Shown one piece after another: positions 7,781 through 16,858 of a stretch of DNA of 64,000 nt. Position numbers and translations under genes: made by a program. The stretch spans positions 224,001-288,000 of the forward strand of contig CAVWIP010000017.1 in assembly GCA_963755125.1 (NCBI GenBank), read 5' to 3'. Position 1 is the stretch's first letter, and each line of letters begins with the position of its first letter. Source of the stretch: an uncultured delta proteobacterium (GTDB lineage Bacteria; Myxococcota_A; Polyangia; Fen-1088). The notes beneath the pieces were generated by a model. That model had not been told where the DNA came from. It saw nothing but the letters and a program-made list of their open reading frames with translations, and ran no database searches.

Positions 7781-10014
7781 TAGTGAACCGTGAGGCCCGC
7801 CCGGACCTGGAAAGGCTCGTAAGGGTGAAGGTGGACATCGTTCACGCCGGCCGCCGGCTCGCCCGGCAATCGCGACGGGTAGTAATAGGCGATATCATCC
7901 GACTTTGAATTTAGCAGGTTGAGCACATCGAGGGCGACCTCATACCGGCTGTAGCGATAGCCGACCCTTGCATCCACGATCAGCGAATCCGGCTGCCGAA
8001 CGCTGTTGTCTTCGACAAGCGGCCGCGAGCTAAGATAGCGCAGACGCGCACTGCCGAAGATCCCGATGGGCAACTCGATGGTCGCCACGCCCGAGACCAC
8101 TGCCGGGATGGTATTTGGTATGTATACGCCCAGCGGATCGTTGAGGTAGCGAGCGTGAGTCAGCGAAACATCGGCGGTCAGCGTGAGCCACGAGGTCGGC
8201 TTGTAGAAGTTGGCCCACTCCACGCCGTACTTACGGCTCGGGGCGTTGGCTTCCGTGTCACCGGTATCGCCGTCGAATGTTAGCTCCGAATTTGACTGCA
8301 AGAACCAAAGAGATAGCGTGCTTACCAGCCCCGGCAGGATCGAGGTGCGGGTTCCGAACTCGGCGCCCTTGGTGCGCACGAGCAGTGGCGATCTGAACTG
8401 CGGAACCAGGTAGGCGGCGGGAACCGTGGCAATTACCCCGCGCGCGTCGTTGCTGTGAAAGCCAGTGCCGAGACTCAAATAGAACTCGGTCCTTTTCCAT
8501 GGCCCGAAGATCAGGCTGGCCTTGGGATTGGCGATGCCGGACATTTTGCTTCCGGAATTCGCAGGCACGTTGGCGTCGACGTCGACGGCGAAGACGTCCG
8601 CTCGAACTCCAAGATTGGTCCTGAACCAATCGGCCCATTGAATCTGGTTGTTGCCGTACGCGCCGGTGCTGAATTCCTCGATCCGGTCATCAATATACAC
8701 ACTCAGCACCTGTCGCTGGTGGGTGTGGTCGAGGCCCGAGAGCGGAAGGTAGTCGTTGCGAATTTGCACGCCCAGAATGTTGACGACTTCGTTGCCAAAC
8801 CATGTTTGGTTCCATGTCCGTTTCAGATCGGCCCCGGTGACATAGCGCCGATCGATTTGCTCGAACTGATCGCCATTCACGGGATCGTTCAGATAATAGG
8901 TAAAGTCGGAAAATAGATTCATTCTGTAGTAAAAACCGTACAAGGTCAGTTTCGTCATTCCGTCGTCGTTCTTGCGCGTCCAGTTGAATGATAAGGTGCC
9001 TCTGCCCGTGTTCCCGCCATCGGATGGATCCAGAGCGCCAAAACGAGAGATGAGTCCTTGGGTAATAGCCCGCTGGGCTATCTGGTCGGTGGCATACCAG
9101 TTCGGAGCAACGTAGACGCTGGCAGTGAGGGTGTACTGGTCATTGAAATTGGTCCAGTGGTAACGCAGGAGACCATTCCAGCGATTGGAGTTCTCGGGGA
9201 CCACCCACTGCCCGTCGTAATGATTGTATTCTAGGGCGTAGAGCAACGTGCCCGGGCCAACGGTCGGCGATTCCGCCACCAGTGTACGCGCAAAAGCGAA
9301 CTCACCTCCCTGTAGGTTGATAGTGCCTTGCGGGAGGGTATTCACCAGATGAACGTCGGCCGCGCCCGCGCCTGAAAAGTCCCCAACCTCTGAATAGAAC
9401 GGCCCCTTCCGGTAGTCGATGAAGTCCACCAATTCCGGGATCATGAAGTTCAGATCAGAGTAGCCTTGCCCGTGCGCATGGGAGGGCAGGTTGACTGGTA
9501 CATCGTCCACCGAGAAGGCGAAGTCGGTTCCATGGTCCAGGTTGAACCCGCGTAGGAAGTACTGATTTGCCTTGCCGTCGCCGGAGTGCTGGGTGACCAC
9601 AAGGCCGGGCACGGTTTCCATCAATTCACCGCGACGGAGCAGCGGCAGGTCCTTGAGATCCGCCTCGCCTATCGCGCCCTCCGAGGCGCCGACTGCGATT
9701 CCTAGTATGTCTTCCGCGCGTCCGTGCACCACGACCTCAGGCATCTGGGTAACCTTGCCGGTTTCGGTGGGCAAGGCGACAGGCTGATTGTTCACAGTTG
9801 CGGCGCCATCGGCTGTTGCGGCCGATGTTTCATTTTGGCCGGCGTCCTGCGTCTGCACAGTTGCGGCGCCATCGGCTGTTGCGGCCGATGTTTCATTTTG
9901 ACCGGCGTCCTGCGCCCACAGGGAAGGCCCGATGCCCAGGGTGGTGACTACCACCATGACCACCACGCGTCGGCGAAAGGCCCGACCAGGGAAACGGTTC
10001 GATGCGACTTTCAT
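7777..10014 (-). CDS. TonB-dependent outer-membrane receptor (probable Ni/Co-complex uptake)
   Basis: Signal peptide, TonB box EVVVHG, plug ETVPGLVVTQHSGDGKANQYFLRGFNLDHGTDF, C-terminal aromatic residue; NikR-type operator upstream. Substrate is inferred from context. Confidence 0.9.
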   Translation of the reverse strand: MKVASNRFPGRAFRRRVVVMVVVTTLGIGPSLWAQDAGQNETSAATADGAATVQTQDAGQNETSAATADGAATVNNQPVALPTETGKVTQMPEVVVHGRAEDILGIAVGASEGAIGEADLKDLPLLRRGELMETVPGLVVTQHSGDGKANQYFLRGFNLDHGTDFAFSVDDVPVNLPSHAHGQGYSDLNFMIPELVDFIDYRKGPFYSEVGDFSGAGAADVHLVNTLPQGTINLQGGEFAFARTLVAESPTVGPGTLLYALEYNHYDGQWVVPENSNRWNGLLRYHWTNFNDQYTLTASVYVAPNWYATDQIAQRAITQGLISRFGALDPSDGGNTGRGTLSFNWTRKNDDGMTKLTLYGFYYRMNLFSDFTYYLNDPVNGDQFEQIDRRYVTGADLKRTWNQTWFGNEVVNILGVQIRNDYLPLSGLDHTHQRQVLSVYIDDRIEEFSTGAYGNNQIQWADWFRTNLGVRADVFAVDVDANVPANSGSKMSGIANPKASLIFGPWKRTEFYLSLGTGFHSNDARGVIATVPAAYLVPQFRSPLLVRTKGAEFGTRTSILPGLVSTLSLWFLQSNSELTFDGDTGDTEANAPSRKYGVEWANFYKPTSWLTLTADVSLTHARYLNDPLGVYIPNTIPAVVSGVATIELPIGIFGSARLRYLSSRPLVEDNSVRQPDSLIVDARVGYRYSRYEVALDVLNLLNSKSDDIAYYYPSRLPGEPAAGVNDVHLHPYEPFQVRAGLTVHY
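9793..9914. repeat. 63-bp-period tandem duplication (59 bp, 1 mismatch) in receptor N-terminus
   Basis: 9793-9851 and 9856-9914; encodes QDAGQNETSAATADGAATV twice. Confidence 0.95.
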
Positions 10015-10066
10015 TGCAATTTTTCTCGACGACGTGAACCTGGAAACGACAACGATGTGAAGAGCA

Positions 10067-10094
10067 GTAGCACGAAAGGGTATAAAGATGCCAC
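10067..10094. promoter_or_regulatory. Putative NikR operator 1
   Basis: GTAGCA-N16-TGCCAC, about 50 bp upstream of the receptor ATG; 6-16-6 geometry as in NikR operators. Confidence 0.7.
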
Positions 10095-10147
10095 AGGATT
10101 CTGATCCTCGTCCATCCGGGGCTTTCCCGTGCATGAGGGGAAGTAGA

Positions 10148-10463
10148 TTATCTCGCTGGAGCCACGCCTGGCTCCGTCGGAGCGGCTGACGTTGCAGGAG
10201 CGAGTGCAGCCGAACCGCCGACGTTGATGGCGAACTTGCGCACGCCAGCGTGTTTCACCAGATCGATGATGTGGACCACGCTACCGTGGAAAACCACCTT
10301 GTCCGCAGCAATGATGGCCTGCAGATCGCCGTTCTTCGGCAGTTCGGACGCGATTTGCCTGGCCACATGGGCTTCGTCGGAAGGCTCACCATTGAGGTAG
10401 AGTTGACCATCCTTGTTCCGACCCGAGCAACGTGAACGCGAGAATGTGTTCGGTGAGGTGCAT
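10148..10463 (-). pseudogene. exbB::exbD deletion remnant
   Basis: RBS GAAGGAG + ATG 10463 gives MHLTEHILAFTLLGSE (ExbB/TolQ-like start), joined out of frame at about 10416 to the ExbD C-domain NKDGQLYLNG...AIIAADKVVFHGSVVHIIDLVKHAGVRKFAINV. The ExbD TM helix is missing. Confidence 0.75.
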
Positions 10464-10482
10464 GATTCTCCTTCGCCGGGTA

Positions 10483-10510
10483 GTAGCATGACTCTATGAA
10501 AAGGTGTTAT
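10483..10510. promoter_or_regulatory. Putative NikR operator 2
   Basis: GTAGCA-N16-TGTTAT, 20 bp upstream of the exbB remnant ATG. Confidence 0.65.
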
Positions 10511-10579
10511 CAGAAAGAGGACAATCGATCTGCCTCAGTGGGGCGGCGGCCGAAGGCTGGAGACAGAGATGATTGAGAA

Positions 10580-10607
10580 GTGGCACGACGTGGCCAATGC
10601 GTGTTAC
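10580..10607. promoter_or_regulatory. Putative NikR operator 3
   Basis: GTGGCA-N16-TGTTAC, about 55 bp upstream of the MHIPDG start. Confidence 0.7.
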
Positions 10608-10661
10608 GAGCTGAGATGGACGATTCGTGGTTTCGTGCTGCGGGGTCAAGACTGGCCGTTC

Positions 10662-10866
10662 ATGCACATCCCTGACGGATCGCCGGGCCTGGCGGTGTTC
10701 GTGGCGCAAGTCGCCTGTGCTCGAAAGCGTCACCGCGAAACTGGGTTTCACCGGGCAAGGCGCGTCGGCGACCCGTGGGCGAGAGCCTGGAAGGTTCCCG
10801 TGCGCAGATGTGGGGGTCGCGCTGGCGCCTGGGGCGATTGAGACTATTGCCGAGCTGTTGTTGTGG
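10662..10866 (+). pseudogene. nikMN/cbiM (ECF Ni/Co transporter S component) deletion remnant
   Basis: ATG 10662 gives MHIPDG (hallmark CbiM/NikM N-terminus), followed directly by GLAVFVAQVAC and, frameshifted, LESVTAKLGF (PDGLE/NikN-like). Confidence 0.7.
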
Positions 10867-11203
10867 ACTGGTAGATCCAATCAAGGTAAGGCGCGCTGCC
10901 GGCGGCCAGGGGCAGGGCGATGATCTCGGGCACCTGGTACGGATGAAGCGTGGCGATGCGGTCGCGCACGGCAGGGAACAGGTCGAGCCGCGTCTTCATC
11001 AGACACAGCACCTCGGCCCCGTCGCACAGCTTACCTTCCCAGTGATAGATCGAGCGCAGGCCAGGCAGGATGTTCACGCAGGCTACCTGCCTTTCGTCAA
11101 CCAATGTGCTTGCGATGCGGCCTGCCACGTCCGCGTCGGGCGCGATCACGAGCAGGACGACGAAATCAGCAGGGCGGGGTGCAGTTGTGTCGGGGCTTGC
11201 CAT
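10844..11203 (-). CDS. cutA: Divalent-cation tolerance protein CutA
   Basis: LVDERQVACVNILPGLRSIYHWEG...HPYQVPEII. Confidence 0.93.
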   Translation of the reverse strand: MASPDTTAPRPADFVVLLVIAPDADVAGRIASTLVDERQVACVNILPGLRSIYHWEGKLCDGAEVLCLMKTRLDLFPAVRDRIATLHPYQVPEIIALPLAAGSAPYLDWIYQSTTTARQ

Positions 11204-11254
11204 AGCCGCATTCTAGCCTCGGTTTCTTAGAAGGCGCTTCACCGGCGTTAACCC

Positions 11255-11283
11255 TTGAAATGCGCCCGGCTTTTCTATATACG
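11255..11283 (+). promoter_or_regulatory. Putative sigma70 promoter of hox operon
   Basis: TTGAAA-N17-TATACG. Confidence 0.45.
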
Positions 11284-11366
11284 AGGCCAAGCGAGAATGG
11301 CGGTAGGGCTCTTCGACATTGGGGTGGCGACCGATCAGTGACAGACCAGCGAAGATGAAGGACAAC

Positions 11367-13184
11367 ATGGCCGAGACTCAGGAAAGCGTCATCCGGGAGA
11401 TCTGCGGACGGTTCGGCAACGACCCGACGCGGGTGATGGACATCCTGCTCGAAGCGCATCGACGGCTGGGCAGCGTGCCCGCTGAAGCGGTGGATGCCAT
11501 CGCGCGGGCGGTTTCACTGCCGCGGGTGGAAGTCGAGAGCACGCTGTCGTTCTACGCGTTCTTCTCGCCCAAGCCGCGCGGGAAATTCGTCATCCGCTTG
11601 TGCAACGACATCATCGATGAGATGCACGGCGCGGATCGCGTGGGACGCGCCTTTCGCGAGGAGTTGGGCATCGACTTCGGCCAGACCACGCCCGACGGGC
11701 TGTTCACCCTGGAGCACACGCCCTGCATCGGCATGTGCGATCAGGCGCCGGCGGCGCTCATCAACGACAAGGTCGTCACCAACCTGTCGAGCGACCGGGC
11801 GCGCGAGCTGGTCGAGGTCCTGCGCGCGAGCGGCGACGTGGAACACCTGAAGCTCACCCTGGGCAACGGCAACAACAGCCATCCCTTGGTTCGTTCGATG
11901 GTCAGGAACAACCTGCGCGAGCGCGGACCGGTGATCTTCGCGCCCTTGGCCCGTGGTACGGCCTTGCGCAAGGCCCTGGCGGAAAGCGCCACCGAGGTCA
12001 TCAAGAACATCAAGGTTTCCCGTCTGCGCGGGCGCGGGGGCGCGGGCTTCCCCACCGGCATGAAGTGGGAGTTCGCGCGCGCGGCGGTGGGCGAGAACAA
12101 AGTCGTGGTGTGCAACGCCGACGAGGGCGAGCCGGGCACCTTCAAGGATCGCGTGATCCTCACCGAGGCGGCGGATCTGGTCTTCGAGGGCATGACCATT
12201 GCCGGGTACGGCGTGGGCGCGGGCACCGGGATCGTCTACCTGCGCGGCGAATACGCTTACCTGCTCGCTTTTCTGGAAAGCCTGCTCAAGGATCGCCGCG
12301 AGGCGGGCTTGCTCGGCCGCAACATCCTGGGCAAGCAAGGCTTCGACTTCGACATCCGCATCCAGTTGGGCGCGGGCGCCTACATCTGTGGGGAAGAGAC
12401 CGCGCTGCTCAGTTCGTGCGAAGGCAAGCGCGGTGATCCCAAGAACCGGCCGCCGTTCCCAGCGCAGTCGGGGTACATGGGGCGGCCCACGGTCATCAAC
12501 AACGTGGAGACTTTCTGCTGCGTGGCCCGCATTTTGGAGAACGGGCCGGGCTGGTTCAGTTCCATCGGCACCAACGACAGCACCGGCACCAAGCTGTACA
12601 GCGTGTCCGGCGACTGCGACCGGCCGGGCGTGTACGAGCTCCCCTTCGGTGCCAAGGTCAGCGACCTGCTCGCCATGGTGGGTGCGCAGGAGACCGCGGC
12701 GGTGCAGGTGGGCGGCGCGTCGGGACAGATGATCGGCCCCAAGGACTTCGGCCGCACCCTGCGCTTCGACGACCTGGCCACCGGCGGCGCGGTGATGATC
12801 TTCAACCGGCAGCGCGACGTGCTCAAGGTGGCCGAGGCGTTCATGGACTTCTTCTGTGAAGAAAGTTGCGGCTACTGCACGCCCTGCCGGGTGGGCAACC
12901 GCTTGCTGCGCGAGCGCCTCGGGCAGGTGGCCGACGGCAAGGGAAGCCCGGAGGATCTCGCGTATCTGCAGAAACTGGGCGAGACCGTCAAGGCCACCAG
13001 CCGCTGCGGCCTGGGCCAGACCTCGCCCCAGCCGGTGCTCACCACCCTGCGATCGTTCCGGTCGGAATACGAGCGACGGGTGCAGACGCGCCCGGCGGAT
13101 CTGCTGCCCAGTTTCGACGGGACTGCCGCGGTGGCGGTGGCCGAGTCGCTGGCGCAGCGCCGGTCGGTCTACTTCGGGAAGTGA
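11367..13184 (+). CDS. hoxF: NAD-reducing [NiFe]-hydrogenase diaphorase large subunit (NuoE-like + NuoF-like)
   Basis: LRGRGGAGFPTG, CNADEGEPGTFKDR, GAGAYICGEETAL, ESCGYCTPCRVG, SRCGLG; RBS AAGGA before ATG 11367. Confidence 0.92.
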   Translation: MAETQESVIREICGRFGNDPTRVMDILLEAHRRLGSVPAEAVDAIARAVSLPRVEVESTLSFYAFFSPKPRGKFVIRLCNDIIDEMHGADRVGRAFREELGIDFGQTTPDGLFTLEHTPCIGMCDQAPAALINDKVVTNLSSDRARELVEVLRASGDVEHLKLTLGNGNNSHPLVRSMVRNNLRERGPVIFAPLARGTALRKALAESATEVIKNIKVSRLRGRGGAGFPTGMKWEFARAAVGENKVVVCNADEGEPGTFKDRVILTEAADLVFEGMTIAGYGVGAGTGIVYLRGEYAYLLAFLESLLKDRREAGLLGRNILGKQGFDFDIRIQLGAGAYICGEETALLSSCEGKRGDPKNRPPFPAQSGYMGRPTVINNVETFCCVARILENGPGWFSSIGTNDSTGTKLYSVSGDCDRPGVYELPFGAKVSDLLAMVGAQETAAVQVGGASGQMIGPKDFGRTLRFDDLATGGAVMIFNRQRDVLKVAEAFMDFFCEESCGYCTPCRVGNRLLRERLGQVADGKGSPEDLAYLQKLGETVKATSRCGLGQTSPQPVLTTLRSFRSEYERRVQTRPADLLPSFDGTAAVAVAESLAQRRSVYFGK

Positions 13185-13194
13185 AAGGGACACC

Positions 13195-13926
13195 ATGAGC
13201 GGCGAAATCACCTTCACCATCGACGGCGCGCAAGTGCGCGGCCAGGCCGGCCAGACCATCCTGCAGGCCGCGGCGCTGTCCAACATCTACATTCCCCACC
13301 TGTGCGCCAAGCGCGGCTTGACTCCCTGGGGCAGTTGCCGCGTGTGTACCGTGCTGGTCAACGGCCGGCCGCAGGCGGCGTGCATCCAGCCCATTGCAGA
13401 GGGCATCGTGGTCGAGAACGACACCGAGGCTCTGCGCGACATGCGCCGCGAACTCATCGAGATGCTGTTCGTCGAGGGCAACCACTTCTGTCCCTTCTGC
13501 GAGAAGAGCGGCAACTGCGAGCTGCAAGCCATGGGCTATCGCCTGGGCATGCTGGCGCCGCAGTACCCGTACTTCTTCCCGGTGCGCGACGTGGACGCCA
13601 GCCACCCCGACCTGTTCCTCGACCGCAACCGCTGCATCCTGTGTGCGCGCTGCGTGCGGGCTTCGCAAGAGCTGGACGGCAAGCACGCGTACGGCTTCGT
13701 GGGTCGCGGCGCGGACAAGCACGTGGCCGCCAACGCGCGCACCGGGCTGGGCGGGATCGACGCGGCGGCCAGCGACATGGCCAGCGAGATCTGTCCGGTT
13801 GGCTCGCTGATGAAGAAACGGGTGGGCTACGCGATCCCGATCGGGCAGCGGACCTACGACGCCAAGCCCATTGGATCGGAAATCGAGCAGGGCGCCAAGC
13901 CGGCGCAGGCAGGAGGGGCGCGATGA
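13195..13926 (+). CDS. hoxU: Diaphorase Fe-S subunit
   Basis: IPHLC, GSCRVC, QAAC, HFCPFCEKSGNCELQ, CILCARC, CPVG. Confidence 0.92.
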   Translation: MSGEITFTIDGAQVRGQAGQTILQAAALSNIYIPHLCAKRGLTPWGSCRVCTVLVNGRPQAACIQPIAEGIVVENDTEALRDMRRELIEMLFVEGNHFCPFCEKSGNCELQAMGYRLGMLAPQYPYFFPVRDVDASHPDLFLDRNRCILCARCVRASQELDGKHAYGFVGRGADKHVAANARTGLGGIDAAASDMASEICPVGSLMKKRVGYAIPIGQRTYDAKPIGSEIEQGAKPAQAGGAR

Positions 13927-14474
13927 CCGCCGCCAAGCCCAAGATCGCCACGATTTCTCTGGCAGGATGCTTCGGCTGCCACATGTCCCTGCTCGACATC
14001 GACGAGCGCATCCTAAAGCTGGTCGAGCTGGTGGACTTCGACAAGTCGCCTATCAACGACATCAAGGAGTTCACCGGCCGCTGCGCGGTGGGAATCATCG
14101 AGGGCGGCTGCTGCAACGAAGAGAACGTGCACGTGCTGCAGAAGTACCGGCAACATTGCGACACTTTGGTGGTGATCGGCGAGTGCGCGACCATGGGCGG
14201 CCTGCCGGCCATGCGCAACGGCATCCCGCTGCAGGAGTGTCTGGCGGAAGCGTATCTGCACGGGCCCACCGTCCACAATCCCAGCCAGAAGATCCCCAAC
14301 GATCCGGAGATCCCCTTGCTTCTCAACAAGGTCTATCCCTGTCACGAGGTGGTGAAGATCGATTACTTCCTGCCCGGCTGCCCGCCCTCGGCGGACACCC
14401 TGTGGGAATCGTTGGTGGCCTTGCTGACTGGCAAGCCGGTGAAATTGCCCTACGGGCTCATCAAGTACGATTGA
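13923..14474 (+). CDS. hoxY: [NiFe]-hydrogenase small subunit
   Basis: LAGCFGCHMS, IGECA..GG, PGCPP; short single-cluster subunit. Confidence 0.92.
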   Translation: MTAAKPKIATISLAGCFGCHMSLLDIDERILKLVELVDFDKSPINDIKEFTGRCAVGIIEGGCCNEENVHVLQKYRQHCDTLVVIGECATMGGLPAMRNGIPLQECLAEAYLHGPTVHNPSQKIPNDPEIPLLLNKVYPCHEVVKIDYFLPGCPPSADTLWESLVALLTGKPVKLPYGLIKYD

Positions 14475-14494
14475 AGCGTACCAAGGAGTGTGAC

Positions 14495-15925
14495 GTGAGC
14501 GTCATCAAGCGAGTGGTCATCGAGCCCGTTACCCGCGTCGAGGGTCACGGAAAAGTCACCATCCTTCTCGACGAGGCCGGCAAGGTCGTGCAGGCCCGCC
14601 TGCACGTGGTGGAGTTCCGCGGTTTCGAGCGGTTCATCCAGGGGCGGCTCTACTGGGAGGTGCCGGTCCTTACCCAACGCCTGTGCGGCATCTGTCCGGT
14701 CAGCCACCACCTGGCTGCGGCCAAGGCCATGGACGTCATCGTGGGCGGCGAGAAACTGACGCCCACGGCGGAGAAGATGCGCCGCCTGATGCACTACGGG
14801 CAGATGTACCAGTCGCACGCGCTGCACTTTTTCCACCTGGCATCGCCCGATCTGCTGTTCGGGTTCGATGCCGATCCCGCCATCCGCAACGTCATCGGCG
14901 TGGCGGCCAAGTATCCCGAGCTGGCCGTGCAGGCCGTGATGATGCGCAAGTATGGCCAGGAGATTATCAAGGCCACCGCGGGCAAGAAGATCCACGGCAC
15001 CGGCGCCATTCCCGGCGGGGTAAACAAGAACCTGAGCGTCGCCGAGCGCGACGTCTTGCTCAAGGAAGTGGACCAGCAGCTCACGTGGGCGAAGTCGGCG
15101 GTGAAGATCGCGCGCGAGTACACCACCGCCCACCTCAAGGAACTGCTCCCGTTCGGCTCGTTCGACTCCAACCACCTGTCGCTGGTGCGCGCCGACGGCG
15201 CCATGGACCTGTATCACGGCAACCTGCGTGCGGTGGATGCCCAGGGCAAGAAGATCTTCGACCAGATCGACTACCAGAAGTACGTGGACTTCATCGCCGA
15301 GGACGTGCGCGACTGGTCGTATATGAAGTTCCCCTTCATCAAGAAGCTGGGAACGGAATCGGGCTGGTACCGGGTGGGTCCGCTGGCGCGTCTCAACACC
15401 GTGGATTTCATCGACACCTCGGCCGCCGAGGAGGCCCGCAAGGAGTTCCGCGCGGTCACGGGTGGCAAGACCAACAACGTCACCATGGCCTATCACTGGG
15501 CGCGCATGGTCGAGTTGCTGCACTCGATGGAGAAGATCCAGGCCCTGCTCAATGACAAAGATCTGCAGGGCAGCGATCTGGTGGTCAAGGGCCAGCGCCG
15601 CGAGGAAGGCGTGGGGCTGATCGAGGCGCCGCGCGGGACGCTCTTCCACCATTACCGTGTCGACAAGAACGATCAGGTGGTGATGGGCAATCTGATTGTC
15701 TCCACCACCCACAACAACGAGCCGATGAACCGCGCGGTGACCAAGGTGGCGCAGGATCACCTGTCAGGAGTGGAGATCACCGAGGGTCTGCTCAACCGGA
15801 TCGAGGTGGCCATCCGGGCCTACGATCCCTGTCTGTCCTGTGCGACCCATGCGCTGGGGCAGATGGCGCTGGAGGTGAGCGTGGTCGATTGCGAGGGCAA
15901 GATCCTCGATCAGAAGAGTCGGTGA
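14495..15925 (+). CDS. hoxH: [NiFe]-hydrogenase large subunit (group 3d)
   Basis: EPVTRVEGHG, L1 RLCGICPVSH, EAPRGTL, L2 DPCLSCATH plus cleavable C-terminal tail; GTG start after AAGGAG. Confidence 0.95.
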   Translation: MSVIKRVVIEPVTRVEGHGKVTILLDEAGKVVQARLHVVEFRGFERFIQGRLYWEVPVLTQRLCGICPVSHHLAAAKAMDVIVGGEKLTPTAEKMRRLMHYGQMYQSHALHFFHLASPDLLFGFDADPAIRNVIGVAAKYPELAVQAVMMRKYGQEIIKATAGKKIHGTGAIPGGVNKNLSVAERDVLLKEVDQQLTWAKSAVKIAREYTTAHLKELLPFGSFDSNHLSLVRADGAMDLYHGNLRAVDAQGKKIFDQIDYQKYVDFIAEDVRDWSYMKFPFIKKLGTESGWYRVGPLARLNTVDFIDTSAAEEARKEFRAVTGGKTNNVTMAYHWARMVELLHSMEKIQALLNDKDLQGSDLVVKGQRREEGVGLIEAPRGTLFHHYRVDKNDQVVMGNLIVSTTHNNEPMNRAVTKVAQDHLSGVEITEGLLNRIEVAIRAYDPCLSCATHALGQMALEVSVVDCEGKILDQKSR

Positions 15926-16452
15926 TGAACGACGCTGGGTTGCACATTCTGGTCTACGGCTACGGCAATCCTGGCCGGGGCGACGACGGGCTAGGGCCGG
16001 CGCTGGTCGCCGCGCTGGAGGCGTTGGGCGCGGACGGCCTGGACTGCGAGTCCGACTATCAACTCGCCATCGAGGACGCGGCCAGCCTGGCCAAGTACGA
16101 CGTGGTGGTCTTCGTCGACGCCGACGCCGGCGGGCCGGAGCCGTTCTGGTTCGAGCGCGTGCAGCCCACCCGTCAACTGAGCTTTTCCAGCCACAGCGCC
16201 ACGCCCGCCCAAGTGGTGGGCCTGGCGCAAGAGATGTTCGGGGCGCAGGTGAAAGCCTACACGCTGGGCATCCGCGGCTACCATTTCGGTGAGCTTGGCG
16301 AGTCGCTGTCCGAGCAGGCTCGCAGCAACCTCGCGCTTGCGCTAGCCTTCGTGACGCGAGCGGTGCGCGAGCGGCACTTCGATGAATATACGAGGCAGTT
16401 CGGTGTCGATTCTGGTCGCGGCTGTGCCTGCGGCCCCCAGCCAGAGGCCTGA
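15925..16452 (+). CDS. hoxW: Hydrogenase maturation protease
   Basis: GYGNPGRGDDGLG, VVFVDA, SSHS; TGATG coupling to hoxH. Confidence 0.9.
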   Translation: MNDAGLHILVYGYGNPGRGDDGLGPALVAALEALGADGLDCESDYQLAIEDAASLAKYDVVVFVDADAGGPEPFWFERVQPTRQLSFSSHSATPAQVVGLAQEMFGAQVKAYTLGIRGYHFGELGESLSEQARSNLALALAFVTRAVRERHFDEYTRQFGVDSGRGCACGPQPEA

Positions 16453-16455
16453 GCG

Positions 16456-16833
16456 ATGAAAAACGGAAAGTACCTGATCCTTTGTGTCGACGACGATGGC
16501 GACATCCTTGAGGCGCTGCGGTTGCGGCTGGAGAAAGCCGGCTACCTGACCGCCACGGCGCTTTCCGCCGAGGAAGGACTGAAGAAATTCAAGGAAAACC
16601 AGCCGGACCTCATTATCGTGGATCTGATGATGGAAGAGATCGACTCGGGCACCGGCCTGGTCAAGGAGCTGAAGCTGGCGGGCAACCGCGCGCCCGTGCT
16701 CCTGCTCAGCTCGCTCGGCGATTCGCTGACCATCTCGGCCAGCACGCGAGAACTGGGGCTGGACGCGGTCTTCCAGAAGCCGGTCAACTTCGAGGCCATG
16801 CTGAAGACCATCAAGGCGAAACTAGGGCAGTGA
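16456..16833 (+). CDS. Single-domain response regulator (receiver)
   Basis: ILCVDDD, PDLIIVDLMM, LLSS, QKPV. Confidence 0.9.
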   Translation: MKNGKYLILCVDDDGDILEALRLRLEKAGYLTATALSAEEGLKKFKENQPDLIIVDLMMEEIDSGTGLVKELKLAGNRAPVLLLSSLGDSLTISASTRELGLDAVFQKPVNFEAMLKTIKAKLGQ

Positions 16834-16858
16834 TCTCTCGGCCTCGATAAGGGCCGCG

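Noticed and set aside
11514..15760. Long antisense ORFs opposite hox genes (also opposite infB, pnp, secD)
   Set aside because: Expected stop-poor antisense frames in high-GC coding DNA; no motifs.
15829..15850. Possible selenocysteine ([NiFeSe]) hydrogenase
   Set aside because: The L2 motif DPCLSCATH uses TGT Cys codons; no in-frame TGA.
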